64,000 bases of DNA from contig OZ245842.1 of the NCBI GenBank assembly GCA_965228895.1, positions 1,056,001-1,120,000 of the forward strand, given 5' to 3'. The translations under genes were made by a program, and so were the position numbers. The stretch comes from Alphaproteobacteria bacterium (lineage in GTDB: Bacteria; Pseudomonadota; Alphaproteobacteria; SP197). How positions within the stretch are numbered: the first letter of the stretch is position 1; each line of letters opens with the position of its first letter. Positions 39,878 through 49,788 of this stretch are shown here, in pieces. Under the pieces are notes generated by a model, which saw only the letters and a list, made by a program, of their open reading frames with translations, searched no databases and was not told where the DNA came from.

Positions 39878-41019
39878 GGGTTGAAGTACCGTTTGAGCAC
39901 GGCGAGGTAGACGTCGGTCAGCCGCACGAGGTCGTCGACAGCGACTCTCTCGTCGACTTTGTGCATGGTCTGGCCAACCAAGCCGAACTCAGCGACCGGG
40001 CAGTAGTCCTTGATGAAACGCGCGTCCGAGGTGCCGCCGGTGGTGCTGTACTCCGGCCGCTCGCCCAACACGGCTTCGGCGGCATCGGCGATCACCACCG
40101 CGAATTCGTCCGGTTGGCGCAGGAATGACTCCCCGGACACGCTGATGTCCAGGTCGACGTCGCCGCCGGCTTCCTGGCACAGATCCTCAAGCCACGCGGT
40201 CAGCGAAGCCCCGGTATGGCGGTCGTTAAACCGGATGTTGAGACCGGCCGAAGCCTTGGCGGGAATGACGTTCGTCGCGGCGTTGCCGACATCGACCGTG
40301 GTGACGGCCAGAGTCGAGGGCTGGAAGTGTTCGCTGCCGCCATCCAACTCGGTCTTGATGACCGCATCGAGCAGGCTGACGAGACGATTGATCGGGTTGT
40401 CTGCCAAGTGCGGGTAGGCGGCGTGCCCTTGGGTGCCGTTGACGGTAATACGTGCGTTGAGAGAGCCGCGCCGGCCGACCTTGATCATTTCGCCCAGACG
40501 CGTCGGGTTGGTCGGTTCGCCGACCAGACAGGCATCGATGCGTTCGCCGCGCTCGGCAAGCCATTCGAGCACCTTGCGGGTGCCGTTGACGGCTGGGCCT
40601 TCCTCATCGCCGGTAATCAAAAGACTGATACTGACATCGTTGTCGGCTTCGGCCAGGAAACGCTCGGTCGCGGCGACAAAACAGGCGATGGCACCTTTCA
40701 TGTCGCAAGCGCCGCGCCCGACCAGATTGCCGTCTTTGAGCGCGGCATCGAACGGATCGACGGACCAGTCGGCCGCATCGCCGGGGGGCACGACATCGGT
40801 GTGGCCGGCGAAACAGAAGTTCCGGCCGGTGTCGCCGCGCCGGGCATAGAGGTTCTCGACCGGGTCGGTTCCGGGCTCCTCGAACGTCAGGCGGTGACAG
40901 GTGAAGCCAAGCCCTTCGAGCGCCCGCTGCAGCACATCCAGCGCGCCGGCATCGGCCGGCGTCACGCTGGGCCGGCGTATCATATCGGCCGCCAGGGCTA
41001 TGGCGTCGATGGCTGCCAT
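39874..41019 (-). CDS. dapE: Succinyl-diaminopimelate desuccinylase
   Basis: [34 protein letters not shown] and TGGTSDARF. Confidence 0.97.
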   Translation of the reverse strand: MAAIDAIALAADMIRRPSVTPADAGALDVLQRALEGLGFTCHRLTFEEPGTDPVENLYARRGDTGRNFCFAGHTDVVPPGDAADWSVDPFDAALKDGNLVGRGACDMKGAIACFVAATERFLAEADNDVSISLLITGDEEGPAVNGTRKVLEWLAERGERIDACLVGEPTNPTRLGEMIKVGRRGSLNARITVNGTQGHAAYPHLADNPINRLVSLLDAVIKTELDGGSEHFQPSTLAVTTVDVGNAATNVIPAKASAGLNIRFNDRHTGASLTAWLEDLCQEAGGDVDLDISVSGESFLRQPDEFAVVIADAAEAVLGERPEYSTTGGTSDARFIKDYCPVAEFGLVGQTMHKVDERVAVDDLVRLTDVYLAVLKRYFNP

Positions 41020-41850
41020 TTAGCTGCGCAACAGCTCGTTGATCGAGGTCTTCGAGCGAGTCTTCTCGTCGACGCGTTTGATGATGACGGCGCAATAGAG
41101 CGACGGCGCGCCCGGGTCCTTGGCCGGCAGGGTGCCGGGCACGACGACGGAGTAGGCGGGGACGCGGCCCATGAAAATCTCACCGGACGTGCGGTCGACG
41201 ATCTTGGTCGAGGCACCGATGAAGACACCCATCGACAGCACCGATCCGGTTTCGACGATGACGCCCTCGACGACTTCGCTGCGCGCGCCGACGAAACAAT
41301 TGTCTTCGATGATCACCGGGGCAGCTTGCAGGGGTTCCAGAACGCCACCGAGGCCGGCGCCGCCGGAGATGTGACAGTCCTTGCCGACCTGGGCACAGCT
41401 TCCGACCGTCGCCCAGGTATCGACCATGGTGCCGGTGTCCACATAAGCGCCGACATTGACGAAACATGGCATCAGGACGACATCCGGCGCGATAAAGGCG
41501 GAATGACGCACGATGGCGTGGGGCACGGCGCGGAAGCCGGCGTTGTTGAAGCGGTTGGCGTCCCAGTCCTCGAACTTGTTGTCGACCTTGTCCCACCAAC
41601 TGGCGTTATAGCCTGGCGCGCCGGGAATGATTTTGTTGGGCGTCAAGCGAAACGACAGCAGGACCGCCTTTTTCAGCCACTCGTTGACGGTCCAGCCGTC
41701 GTCGCCCGGTTCGGCGACGCGGCGTTGGCCGCTATCGAGAAGCTTGAGGCTGTCCAAGATGGCATCACGGGTGTCGCCCTTGGTGCTGGGACTGACATTT
41801 GCCCGGTCTTCCCAGGCGTCGTCGATGGCCTTGATGAGGTCGTCAGACAA
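41020..41850 (-). CDS. dapD: Tetrahydrodipicolinate N-succinyltransferase
   Basis: [28 protein letters not shown] and GGVLEPLQA; TTG start with GGAG SD. Confidence 0.97.
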   Translation of the reverse strand: MSDDLIKAIDDAWEDRANVSPSTKGDTRDAILDSLKLLDSGQRRVAEPGDDGWTVNEWLKKAVLLSFRLTPNKIIPGAPGYNASWWDKVDNKFEDWDANRFNNAGFRAVPHAIVRHSAFIAPDVVLMPCFVNVGAYVDTGTMVDTWATVGSCAQVGKDCHISGGAGLGGVLEPLQAAPVIIEDNCFVGARSEVVEGVIVETGSVLSMGVFIGASTKIVDRTSGEIFMGRVPAYSVVVPGTLPAKDPGAPSLYCAVIIKRVDEKTRSKTSINELLRS

Positions 41851-41907
41851 GCTTCCGTCTCCTTATGTCGCAAGGGCGGTCCCGAGATACCTGAGCGGTG
41901 GGCGTTG

Positions 41908-42600
41908 TCAACCGCGCGACAGCGCCGCCGCGAGATCGACCAGCCACGGCGTCAGGTCGTCGGTGATGTGGTCGATGTGACCGTCATCATGACCGTCGCT
42001 CGCCCAGGTGCTGTCGCCGCGCACCCAAACCGTGGTCATGCCAAGCGCCTTGGCGGGAACCAGGTTGCGCGCGATGTCTTCGAACATGGCCGCCGACCGT
42101 GGTGCAATGCCATGGCGGCCAACCATGCTCTCGTACACCACATGCTCGGGCTTGGGGATGTAGTCGGAGGCAACGATGTCGAAGATACCTTCGAAATGAT
42201 GGGCGATGCCAAGTCGTTCGGTGACCCGTTCGGCATGTGGCACGTCACCGTTGGTGAAGATCAGCTTGCGCCCAGGCAGCTCATCAAGTGCGCCGTCGAG
42301 CTGCGGATCCTGCGGGATGATCGCGTAGTCGATGTCATGCACATAGGCCAGATAGTCCTCGGCGTCGCAGTCGTGCAGTGCGACAAGACCGTTCAGGGTC
42401 GTGCCATGGCTTTGGAAGTAGGCCTTTTGCAGACGCCGCGCCTCGTCATGGGGAATTGCCAGCAGGCGCGCGACGTAATTGGTGATGCGCACGTCGACCT
42501 GGTCGAACAAGCCATGACGCGCGTGGTAGAGCGTGTTGTCCAGGTCGAAGACCCAGGTGTCGACATGGTCGAAATCGTCGTCGACGGGAGCGCTCGTCAT
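41908..42600 (-). CDS. Pyrimidine 5'-nucleotidase (HAD family)
   Basis: WVFDLDNTLY, FTNG, PKP and FEDIARNL. Confidence 0.92.
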   Translation of the reverse strand: MTSAPVDDDFDHVDTWVFDLDNTLYHARHGLFDQVDVRITNYVARLLAIPHDEARRLQKAYFQSHGTTLNGLVALHDCDAEDYLAYVHDIDYAIIPQDPQLDGALDELPGRKLIFTNGDVPHAERVTERLGIAHHFEGIFDIVASDYIPKPEHVVYESMVGRHGIAPRSAAMFEDIARNLVPAKALGMTTVWVRGDSTWASDGHDDGHIDHITDDLTPWLVDLAAALSRG

Positions 42601-43517
42601 AACGTGATCTTCGTGCCGGTGCCGTCCTTGGTGAAGAGCTCCAGCAGCAGTACGTGCGGTACGCGGCCGTCAAGGATATGCGCTGCCTCGACGCCGCCCT
42701 CCATGGCATGCAGGCACGTCTCAAGCTTGGGGATCATGCCGCCCGTGATTGCGCTTGTCTTGAAAAGACGATTGGCCTCTTCGCTCGTCATCTCCGAGAT
42801 CAGTTCGCCATCACCGTTCATGACGCCGGCGATGTCGGTCAGCATGAGCAGCTTCGAGGCATTGACCGCCTCGGCGATCGCGCCGGCTGCCGTATCGGCG
42901 TTGATGTTGTAAGTCTTGCCATTGCTGCCGACACCAATCGGCGCGATGACAGGAATGGCGTCCGAACCCTCGAAAATGCGGAAGACGTCGGCATTAACCT
43001 TCTGCGGTTCGCCGACATAACCGAGGTCGAGGATCTTCTCGATGTTGGAGTCGGGGTCGCGCTTGGTGCGGCGCAGCTTACGCGCCTCGATCAGACGTCC
43101 GTCCTTTCCCGACAGGCCGATCGCCTTGCCACCGGCCTCGTTGATGGATGTGACGATATGTTTGTTGATCGAGCCGGCGAGGACCATCTCGACAATATCG
43201 ACGGATTCCTGGTCGGTGACGCGCAGGCCGTCGATGAACTCGGACTTAATGTTCATCCGTTTCAGCATTTCGCCGATCTGCGGTCCGCCGCCATGCACCA
43301 CGATCGGATTGACGCCGACCTGTTTGATCAAGACGACGTCGCGGGCGAAGTCGCTGGCCAGCTGATCGTCGCCCATCGCGTTGCCGCCATACTTGATGAC
43401 GAAGGTGTGGCCGGAGAAGGCGCGCAGGTAAGGCAGCGCCTCCATCAGCGTGCTGGCGGTGCGCAGCCAGTGCTTGGTCTCACCGATGTTTTTGTCGTCG
43501 ACTTTGCGTATCTTCAT
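42597..43517 (-). CDS. argB: Acetylglutamate kinase
   Basis: EALPY, KYGGNAM, VHGGGPQI, GLRVTD, NINAD and GGMIPK. Confidence 0.97.
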   Translation of the reverse strand: MKIRKVDDKNIGETKHWLRTASTLMEALPYLRAFSGHTFVIKYGGNAMGDDQLASDFARDVVLIKQVGVNPIVVHGGGPQIGEMLKRMNIKSEFIDGLRVTDQESVDIVEMVLAGSINKHIVTSINEAGGKAIGLSGKDGRLIEARKLRRTKRDPDSNIEKILDLGYVGEPQKVNADVFRIFEGSDAIPVIAPIGVGSNGKTYNINADTAAGAIAEAVNASKLLMLTDIAGVMNGDGELISEMTSEEANRLFKTSAITGGMIPKLETCLHAMEGGVEAAHILDGRVPHVLLLELFTKDGTGTKITL

Positions 43518-43528
43518 AACCGGGTACT

Positions 43529-44182
43529 CTAAGTCAGGGTGGGCGTATCGGCCAGCGCGGCAAACTCGGCCCGTAACTCGGCAATGCCGAGACCCTTTGC
43601 GGCACTGGTGGTGGCAATCGATGAAACTGACGCTGGGCGGCGGGCGATGGCTTCACCGATTTCGGATAGGCGGGTTTCGCGTTCGCCGGCTTTGATCTTG
43701 TCGCACTTCGTCAGGACGATTTGATAGGGCGCGGCGACGGCATCCAGAAAGTCCATGGCTTCGATATCGTTGGCCATCACCCCGCGCCGGGCATCGACCA
43801 GGAGCGCGACACGCCTGAGCGTCTGGCGGTTCTCCAGATAAAAGCGGATCGTTTCGGCCCAACGCGCCATGTCCGTCTTGCCGGCGCGGGCATAACCGTA
43901 GCCCGGCAGGTCGACCAGGCGTAGCTGGGCACCCAGGTCGAAGAAGATAACCAGGCGTGTGCGTCCCGGCGTCTGCGACGTCCGCGCCAGGCTCTTGCGC
44001 CGGGTCAAGGCGTTGATCAGCGATGACTTGCCGACGTTGGAGCGGCCGGCAAAGGCGATTTCCGGCAGGCCCGGCGGCGGCAGTTCTGCAGGCACCGACG
44101 CGGCAGCCTCGAACGCGCAGGGCTGCTCGAACAGCAGGCGTCCGCGCTCAAGCTTGGCGTTGTCGTCAGTCAATTTATTCAT
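43529..44182 (-). CDS. yihA: Ribosome biogenesis GTPase YihA/YsxC (EngB)
   Basis: GRSNVGKSSLIN, PGRT, DLPGYG and TKCDK. Confidence 0.96.
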   Translation of the reverse strand: MNKLTDDNAKLERGRLLFEQPCAFEAAASVPAELPPPGLPEIAFAGRSNVGKSSLINALTRRKSLARTSQTPGRTRLVIFFDLGAQLRLVDLPGYGYARAGKTDMARWAETIRFYLENRQTLRRVALLVDARRGVMANDIEAMDFLDAVAAPYQIVLTKCDKIKAGERETRLSEIGEAIARRPASVSSIATTSAAKGLGIAELRAEFAALADTPTLT

Positions 44183-44206
44183 GGCCGGTCAAGGCCCAGC
44201 AATCGA

Positions 44207-45982
44207 TCAGGAAACGCCCATGCGTTTCATGATGACCCATTGCTGGGCAATCGACAGCAGGTTGTTCCATGTCCAATAGATCACCAGCCCGGCTGGGAAC
44301 GAGTTGAAGATGAACAGGAAGAAGATCGGCATCAGCATAAAGATCCTGGCCTGCATGGGATCCGGTGGTTGCGGGCTGATCTTCATCTGCAGGAACATGG
44401 TGCCGGCCATCAGCAGCGGCCACGCGCCGATCGATACCAGGGCTGGCAAGTAGTCCGGCGCAAACGGCAGCAGGCCGAAGAGGTTCAGGATCGATGTCGG
44501 GTCAGGCGCTGAGAGATCGCTGATCCAGCCATAGAACGGCGCATGGCGCATCTCGATGGTCACAAACAGGACCTTGTAGAGCGCGAAGAAGACGGGAATC
44601 TGAATCAGGATCGGCAGACAGCCGGAGGCAGGATTGACCTTCTCCTTCTTGTACATGGCCATCAGCTCCTGCTGCATCTTCTGTTTGTCGTCTTTGTAAC
44701 GCTCGCGCAGCTTCTTCATCTCCGGCGCCAGTTTGCGCATCTTGCTCATGGCCTTGTAGGACTTGTTGGCCAGAGGGAAGAAAATGGCTTTGATGCAGAC
44801 GGTCAGCAGCAGAATGGCGAGGCCAAAGTTGCCGAGCAGATCCCTGAAGAACAGCAGGACAAAGAAGATCGGTTTGGTCAGGAAATAGAACCAGCCGAAG
44901 TCGACGGCGCGGTCGAACAGCGGAATGTTCAGCGTCTCCGAATAGGAATCGAGCAGCGTGACCACCTTCGCGCCCGCGAACAGATGATCGGTGATCTCGG
45001 TCGTCCCGCCGGCGGGGATCGCGACCCCCTGGCGCAGGAAGTCCGCCTGGTACGTGTCTATGTCGCCTGACCTGAGATCGTGGACAAAGCGGCCGTCGAA
45101 GGGCTGGGTCTGATCCGGCACGAGAGCCGCCAGCCAGTACTTGTCCGTGATACCGATCCAGCCGCTGGTCGACTTGTAGTCAAGTTTGCCGTCGTCTTCG
45201 TCAATAACATCGTCATAGTCGATCTCGGTCAGGGTCTCGTCGAAAACGCCGATCAGGCCTTCATGCAGGATGTAGAAACCGAGTGTCTCCGGCGTGCCAT
45301 AGCGCTTGACCAGGCCGTAGGGAAACAGCGTGACCTGACTACCGGAGTTGTTGGTCACCGACTGGGTGAGGGTGAACATATAGTTCTCGTCGACCGATAT
45401 GGTACGCTGGAAGACCAGGCCCTCGCCGTTGTCCCAGGTCAGGTTAAGCGGCGAGCCCGGCGTCAGTTCCGTGTCCGAGGTCTGCCAGACCGTATCTTTC
45501 GTTGGAACCTTCGTGTTTTGGTCCTGGGCCAGCCAGCCGAACTCGGCCCAATAAGCGTCAGGGCCGCCGACCGGGGAGAACAGGGTCACCTCCGGCGACG
45601 AGGGATCGACCGTTTCGTGATATTTGACCAACGTCAGATCATCGAGCCTGGCTCCGGTCAGCGAGACGGAGCCGTGGAGGCTTGGCGTATTGATGTTGAC
45701 GCGCGCACTTTCTGCTAAAGCCTCATCGCGGGTCACCATGGCGTCTGGATCGGGCGTCGCAACCGACGGAATGGCGGTTTCACCGTCGCTGCCTGTTGTC
45801 GCCGTGCTGACATCGGGCAACACCGCGTCGGATTGTTCGGTCTGGGTTTCGGCCTGCTGCTGTTGCTGCGCTTCGATCAGCGCCTGCTCGCGCTCCATGC
45901 GCGGGAGCTCGTAAAGGAACTGGTAGGCGAAGAACATCACCAGGATGATCGCCATGGCAATCCATACGTTCTTTTGATCCAT
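44207..45982 (-). CDS. yidC: Membrane protein insertase YidC
   Basis: DFGWFYF, NFGLAI, GCLPILIQIPVF, ELRHAP-like EMRHAPF, DLSAPDP and GLVIYW. Confidence 0.97.
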   Translation of the reverse strand: MDQKNVWIAMAIILVMFFAYQFLYELPRMEREQALIEAQQQQQAETQTEQSDAVLPDVSTATTGSDGETAIPSVATPDPDAMVTRDEALAESARVNINTPSLHGSVSLTGARLDDLTLVKYHETVDPSSPEVTLFSPVGGPDAYWAEFGWLAQDQNTKVPTKDTVWQTSDTELTPGSPLNLTWDNGEGLVFQRTISVDENYMFTLTQSVTNNSGSQVTLFPYGLVKRYGTPETLGFYILHEGLIGVFDETLTEIDYDDVIDEDDGKLDYKSTSGWIGITDKYWLAALVPDQTQPFDGRFVHDLRSGDIDTYQADFLRQGVAIPAGGTTEITDHLFAGAKVVTLLDSYSETLNIPLFDRAVDFGWFYFLTKPIFFVLLFFRDLLGNFGLAILLLTVCIKAIFFPLANKSYKAMSKMRKLAPEMKKLRERYKDDKQKMQQELMAMYKKEKVNPASGCLPILIQIPVFFALYKVLFVTIEMRHAPFYGWISDLSAPDPTSILNLFGLLPFAPDYLPALVSIGAWPLLMAGTMFLQMKISPQPPDPMQARIFMLMPIFFLFIFNSFPAGLVIYWTWNNLLSIAQQWVIMKRMGVS

Positions 45983-45993
45983 GACGGCGGGCC

Positions 45994-46233
45994 CTAGTGC
46001 TTGCCCGGTGCATGGGGCACCGGGTCATAACCGTCGCCGCCCCACGGGTGGCAACGCGAAAAACGGCGAAATGCCATGACACTGCCGCGCAGGGGGCCGT
46101 GAAGCCGGACGGCATCGAGTGCATATTCCGAACAGGTCGGCAGGTAGCGGCAGGAGACCGGCGTGAAGGGCGAGATGCCAAACTGGTAGAATCGCACCAG
46201 CCCGATAATCAACCATGACGTCAGTCGCTTCAC
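45994..46233 (-). CDS. yidD: Membrane protein insertion efficiency factor YidD
   Basis: [17 protein letters not shown] and RCHPWGG.GYDPVP. Confidence 0.96.
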   Translation of the reverse strand: MKRLTSWLIIGLVRFYQFGISPFTPVSCRYLPTCSEYALDAVRLHGPLRGSVMAFRRFSRCHPWGGDGYDPVPHAPGKH

Positions 46234-46598
46234 GCTCTTTCCCTCGACGTTCGATGGACGCGCTCCAGCGCCGTTTCAAGATCGTGGCGCAAAGCGTCAA
46301 AGGGTCGCGTCAGCATCGCCCGGCGGGCGATCATGACATAGTCCATATCGGGCGCCGCCAAGGGTACCAGGACCTCTGTGGCAAGGGCCCTTAAGCGCCG
46401 GCGCGCCCGGTTTCGTGCCACCGCGTTGCCGACCTTGCGGCTTGCGGTAAAACCGACCCGGCAGGCGCTATCGCCAGATTTGGCCGAATCGCGTGTCTTG
46501 GCCTGCAGGACGAGGCCCGGCGTTACCGCCTTGTTTCGGGCTGCCGCGACACGCAGAAAGTCGCTCCGCCGCTTGAGACGCGCAGGCCGGGGCGGCAT
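46230..46598 (-). CDS. rnpA: Ribonuclease P protein component
   Basis: RLKRRSDF and [24 protein letters not shown]. Confidence 0.96.
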   Translation of the reverse strand: MPPRPARLKRRSDFLRVAAARNKAVTPGLVLQAKTRDSAKSGDSACRVGFTASRKVGNAVARNRARRRLRALATEVLVPLAAPDMDYVMIARRAMLTRPFDALRHDLETALERVHRTSRERA

Positions 46599-46602
46599 AA
46601 AA

Positions 46603-46737
46603 TCAGGCTGAGAGACGCTTGCGCCCTTTGGCGCGACGGCGGGAAAGGACCTTGCGGCCACCGACCGTTTGCATCCGAGACCGGAACCCGTGACGACGTT
46701 TCCGGACAAGCCGGCTTGGCTGGTAAGTCCGCTTCAC
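46603..46737 (-). CDS. rpmH: 50S ribosomal protein L34
   Basis: Manual translation from GTG: [44 protein letters not shown] (44 aa, below the ORF-track cutoff); GGAGA SD. Confidence 0.98.
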   Translation of the reverse strand: MKRTYQPSRLVRKRRHGFRSRMQTVGGRKVLSRRRAKGRKRLSA

Positions 46738-46795
46738 CGTTTAGTCTCCACATACTTCTAGAGTTGAGAGGTTCGCCTACGCGAACAGCCGGCGC

Positions 46796-46824
46796 TGTAT
46801 AGGTGTTGGGCCTGATCGTGTCAA
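46796..46824 (-). promoter_or_regulatory. sigma70 promoter of the rpmH-rnpA-yidD-yidC operon
   Basis: TTGACA (46824-46819), 17-nt spacer, TATACA (46801-46796). Confidence 0.75.
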
Positions 46825-46991
46825 CGCCGCGCCGGGCCCTCGGATTGGGCCCTTTTTCGTCGTTCCCAAGTGATCACAAGCGCTTGACAGGGCCTTTCAC
46901 TTCACCCGCCGCGCCGCCATAAAGACATGAGTACCACGCGGCATCCTCGCTGCGGTAGGTTTGTATTACGCTTGGGTGCCTGGTGGACGGT

Positions 46992-47738
46992 ATGAGCGAG
47001 AAGACGGCGGTGGGGGCTGCCAAACGGTCTCCCCTTTGGAAACGCCTTCTGCCCCTGGCCTTTTTGGTCGCGGTGCTGATCGCTTTTTTTGCCACCGGCC
47101 TGAACGACTACGCCACGTTCGATACGCTGAAGGAAAACCGTGAAACGCTGTTGGCGTTCGTGCGCGACTACTTCATCTTCGCGATCCTGATCTATGTCGT
47201 CGGTTACGCGTTCTTGACGGCCGCCTCGGTGCCGGTCGCGTCGCTGGTGACCATTGCCGGCGGGTTTCTGTTCGGCAGCTATCTCGGCACCTTCCTGACG
47301 GTCCTGGCGGCGACGATCGGCGCGACCACACTTTTTCTGCTGGCGCGCACCGCGTTTGGCGAAGCGCTGCAGGAGCGCGTCGGCCCCTATATCCGTCGCA
47401 TGGAGAAGGGGTTCCAGGAAGACCAGGCAAACTACATGCTATTTTTGCGTCTGGTGCCGGTGTTTCCGTTCTGGGTCGTCAACCTGGCGCCGGCCTTTCT
47501 GGGCGTGTCGACACGGGTCTTCATGATCACGACGTTCATCGGCATCATCCCGGGCACGGCGGTCTTTACAATTGTCGGCGCTGGTTTGGGATCGGTGTTC
47601 GACCGCGGCGAGTCATTTTCGATCGACAGCGTTTTGACACCGGAGATTTTGGCAGCTCTGGCGGGACTTGGTATTCTCGCCTTGGTGCCGATTGTGGTGA
47701 AGAAGTTACGAAAGCGGCGTGCAGCGTCGTCAGAGTGA
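46992..47738 (+). CDS. TVP38/TMEM64 (VTT/DedA superfamily) membrane protein
   Basis: GGFLFG, ATIGAT, FLRLVPVFPFWVVN and TFIGIIPGT. Confidence 0.93.
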   Translation: MSEKTAVGAAKRSPLWKRLLPLAFLVAVLIAFFATGLNDYATFDTLKENRETLLAFVRDYFIFAILIYVVGYAFLTAASVPVASLVTIAGGFLFGSYLGTFLTVLAATIGATTLFLLARTAFGEALQERVGPYIRRMEKGFQEDQANYMLFLRLVPVFPFWVVNLAPAFLGVSTRVFMITTFIGIIPGTAVFTIVGAGLGSVFDRGESFSIDSVLTPEILAALAGLGILALVPIVVKKLRKRRAASSE

Positions 47739-47805
47739 GGACGCTATGCGCCATCCAAGGGGGCGGTGAGCGCACAATCTTGGCATGATGAGGAGGAAAT
47801 CTGCT

Positions 47806-48273
47806 GTGAATTGGAAGACGACCGGAGTGACCACCTGCCTGGCAACCGCCGGTTTGGTTTTTGGACTGACGGCCAACGCGGCGGAACAACCAACGGTTAT
47901 CGATCTGACCCAAACGGGCTGTCAGTTCATTGAATCGGAGAACAACGTCGATCGCGGCTTCATGCCGACCGAAAAGGCCGATTGTGAAGCGATCAACGAT
48001 GAGTCCGGCGAACAGCGTTTGTCCGAAGCCGAGCCCCTGCGCTTGAGCCCGGGCAAGTACGTCTTTCGTGTCACCAACGAAGACGTACCCTATATGCTGG
48101 GCTTCTATCTGAGAGCCGAAAGCGCGATTGAACGTCCTTTCCTGCCGTCGACTTCCGGCGGCGGCCTGCACGAGGGCGTGACCCAGGACTACGAGATTGA
48201 GCTGGAGGAAGGCGAGTACGTCTATTCGTGCCCGCTAAACACCACGCCCGACTACGTCCTGATCGTCGAATAG
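47806..48273 (+). CDS. Secreted cupredoxin-like hypothetical protein
   Basis: AGGAGG SD 9 nt before GTG 47806; signal peptide ending ANA; beta-rich PGKYVFRVTN and GEYVYSCPLN. Confidence 0.75.
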   Translation: MNWKTTGVTTCLATAGLVFGLTANAAEQPTVIDLTQTGCQFIESENNVDRGFMPTEKADCEAINDESGEQRLSEAEPLRLSPGKYVFRVTNEDVPYMLGFYLRAESAIERPFLPSTSGGGLHEGVTQDYEIELEEGEYVYSCPLNTTPDYVLIVE

Positions 48274-48313
48274 GCCCGCAGGGTCCAGGTCGCATTGATC
48301 AAGGCGGTCCAGC

Positions 48314-49738
48314 ATGAGCGGTGACCGCTTTGATATCTGCGTGATCGGTGCCGGGTCTGGCGGCCTGTCGGTCGCCTATGGCGCCAGTCACATGGGCGCG
48401 AAGGTAGCCTTGATCGAGCGCGACCGGATGGGCGGCGATTGTCTGAATTTCGGCTGTGTCCCGTCAAAAGCGCTGTTGGCCGCCGGTCACGCCGCTGAGG
48501 TCGTGCGCGATCCCGAAGCCTTCGGCGTGGCTGGCCACGAGCCGGAAGTCACCTTCACCAGGGTTCGCGATCACATCAAAGACGTCATCGCGACCATCGC
48601 GCCCAACGACTCCGTCGAGCGTTATGAGGGGTTCGGCGTCCATGTCATCAGCGACCACGCACGGTTTGTCGGTCCAGACGAAATCGAAGCCGGTGGTGAA
48701 CGCCTGAAGGCGCGACGCTTCGTCATCGCCACCGGCAGCCGCGCCATGGTGCCGCCGATCCCCGGCCTCGACACCGTGCCGTTCATGACCAACGAGACGG
48801 TGTTCGACAACGGCGAGCGGCCGCAGCACTTGATTGTCATCGGCGGCGGTCCAATCGGCTGTGAGCTGGCGCAGGCGCACCGTCACCTGGGCTCCGACGT
48901 CACCGTGGTGGAGATGTTTTCGATCCTGCCCAAGGATGACGCCGACTTCGTCGATGTTGTCCGCCAGCGCCTGATAGGCGACGGCGTCAATCTGGTCGAA
49001 GGCGCCAAGGTGCAGTCGGTCGCGATGCACGACGGTCAGATCCGCGTCACCGTCGAGCGCGACGGTACAGTCGACCACATCGACGGCAGCCATCTGCTGG
49101 TCGCCGCTGGGCGCCAGCCGAACATCGAGAACATGGATCTGGAGAAGGCGGGTGTTGCCTATGAACGACGCGGTATCACCGTCGATCGGCGGCTGAGAAC
49201 GTCGAACTCCAGGATCTACGCAATCGGTGACTGCGCGGGTGGTTTTCAGTTTACCCACGTTGCCAACTATCACGCGGGCATTGTGATCAGGAACGCGCTG
49301 CTGCGTCTGCCGGCGAAGGTCAACTACAAGGCGCTGCCGTGGGTCACCTATACCGATCCCGAACTTGCCCATGTCGGCATGACCGAAGAGGAAGCGCGTC
49401 GCGAGCACGGTGATGCCCTGCGCGTCCTGACCTTTCCCTATCACGAGAACGATCGCGCCATCGCCGAGCGCGAGACGACAGGCATGGTCAAGGCCCTGGT
49501 TTCGAAGAAGGGCAAGATCCTGGGCGCGACCATTGTCGGCGCCCATGCCGGCGAGATTATTCACCCGTGGGTCCTGGCGATCAGCAGCGGCCTCAAGATT
49601 GGCGCCATGGCCCAGATGATCGCGCCCTATCCGACCATGGGTGAAATCAACAAGCGGGCGGCGGGCAGTTTCTATACGCCCAGCGTCTTCGGTCCACGTA
49701 TGAAAGCCGTGGTGCGGTTTCTGGGCCGCTTCGGCTAA
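48314..49738 (+). CDS. Flavoprotein disulfide reductase (dihydrolipoamide dehydrogenase/mercuric reductase-like)
   Basis: GAGSGG, redox-active GGDCLNFGCVPSK, GGGPIG.E, GD..GGFQFTH and APYPT. Confidence 0.92.
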   Translation: MSGDRFDICVIGAGSGGLSVAYGASHMGAKVALIERDRMGGDCLNFGCVPSKALLAAGHAAEVVRDPEAFGVAGHEPEVTFTRVRDHIKDVIATIAPNDSVERYEGFGVHVISDHARFVGPDEIEAGGERLKARRFVIATGSRAMVPPIPGLDTVPFMTNETVFDNGERPQHLIVIGGGPIGCELAQAHRHLGSDVTVVEMFSILPKDDADFVDVVRQRLIGDGVNLVEGAKVQSVAMHDGQIRVTVERDGTVDHIDGSHLLVAAGRQPNIENMDLEKAGVAYERRGITVDRRLRTSNSRIYAIGDCAGGFQFTHVANYHAGIVIRNALLRLPAKVNYKALPWVTYTDPELAHVGMTEEEARREHGDALRVLTFPYHENDRAIAERETTGMVKALVSKKGKILGATIVGAHAGEIIHPWVLAISSGLKIGAMAQMIAPYPTMGEINKRAAGSFYTPSVFGPRMKAVVRFLGRFG

Positions 49739-49788
49739 CGCGATTCCCAAACATGGCCCCGATGGGTCGTGATGGCGTACACTGGCGC

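Noticed and set aside
40216-42912. 898-aa + strand ORF
   Set aside because: Antisense shadow of dapE, dapD, the nucleotidase and argB. Open antisense frames are expected at high GC3, and it has no recognisable motifs.
46737-46992. oriC/dnaA next to rpmH
   Set aside because: No dnaA and no DnaA-box cluster seen. This separation is usual in alphaproteobacteria.
48314-49738. True mercuric reductase merA
   Set aside because: No C-terminal Cys-Cys, no NmerA domain and no mer genes nearby.
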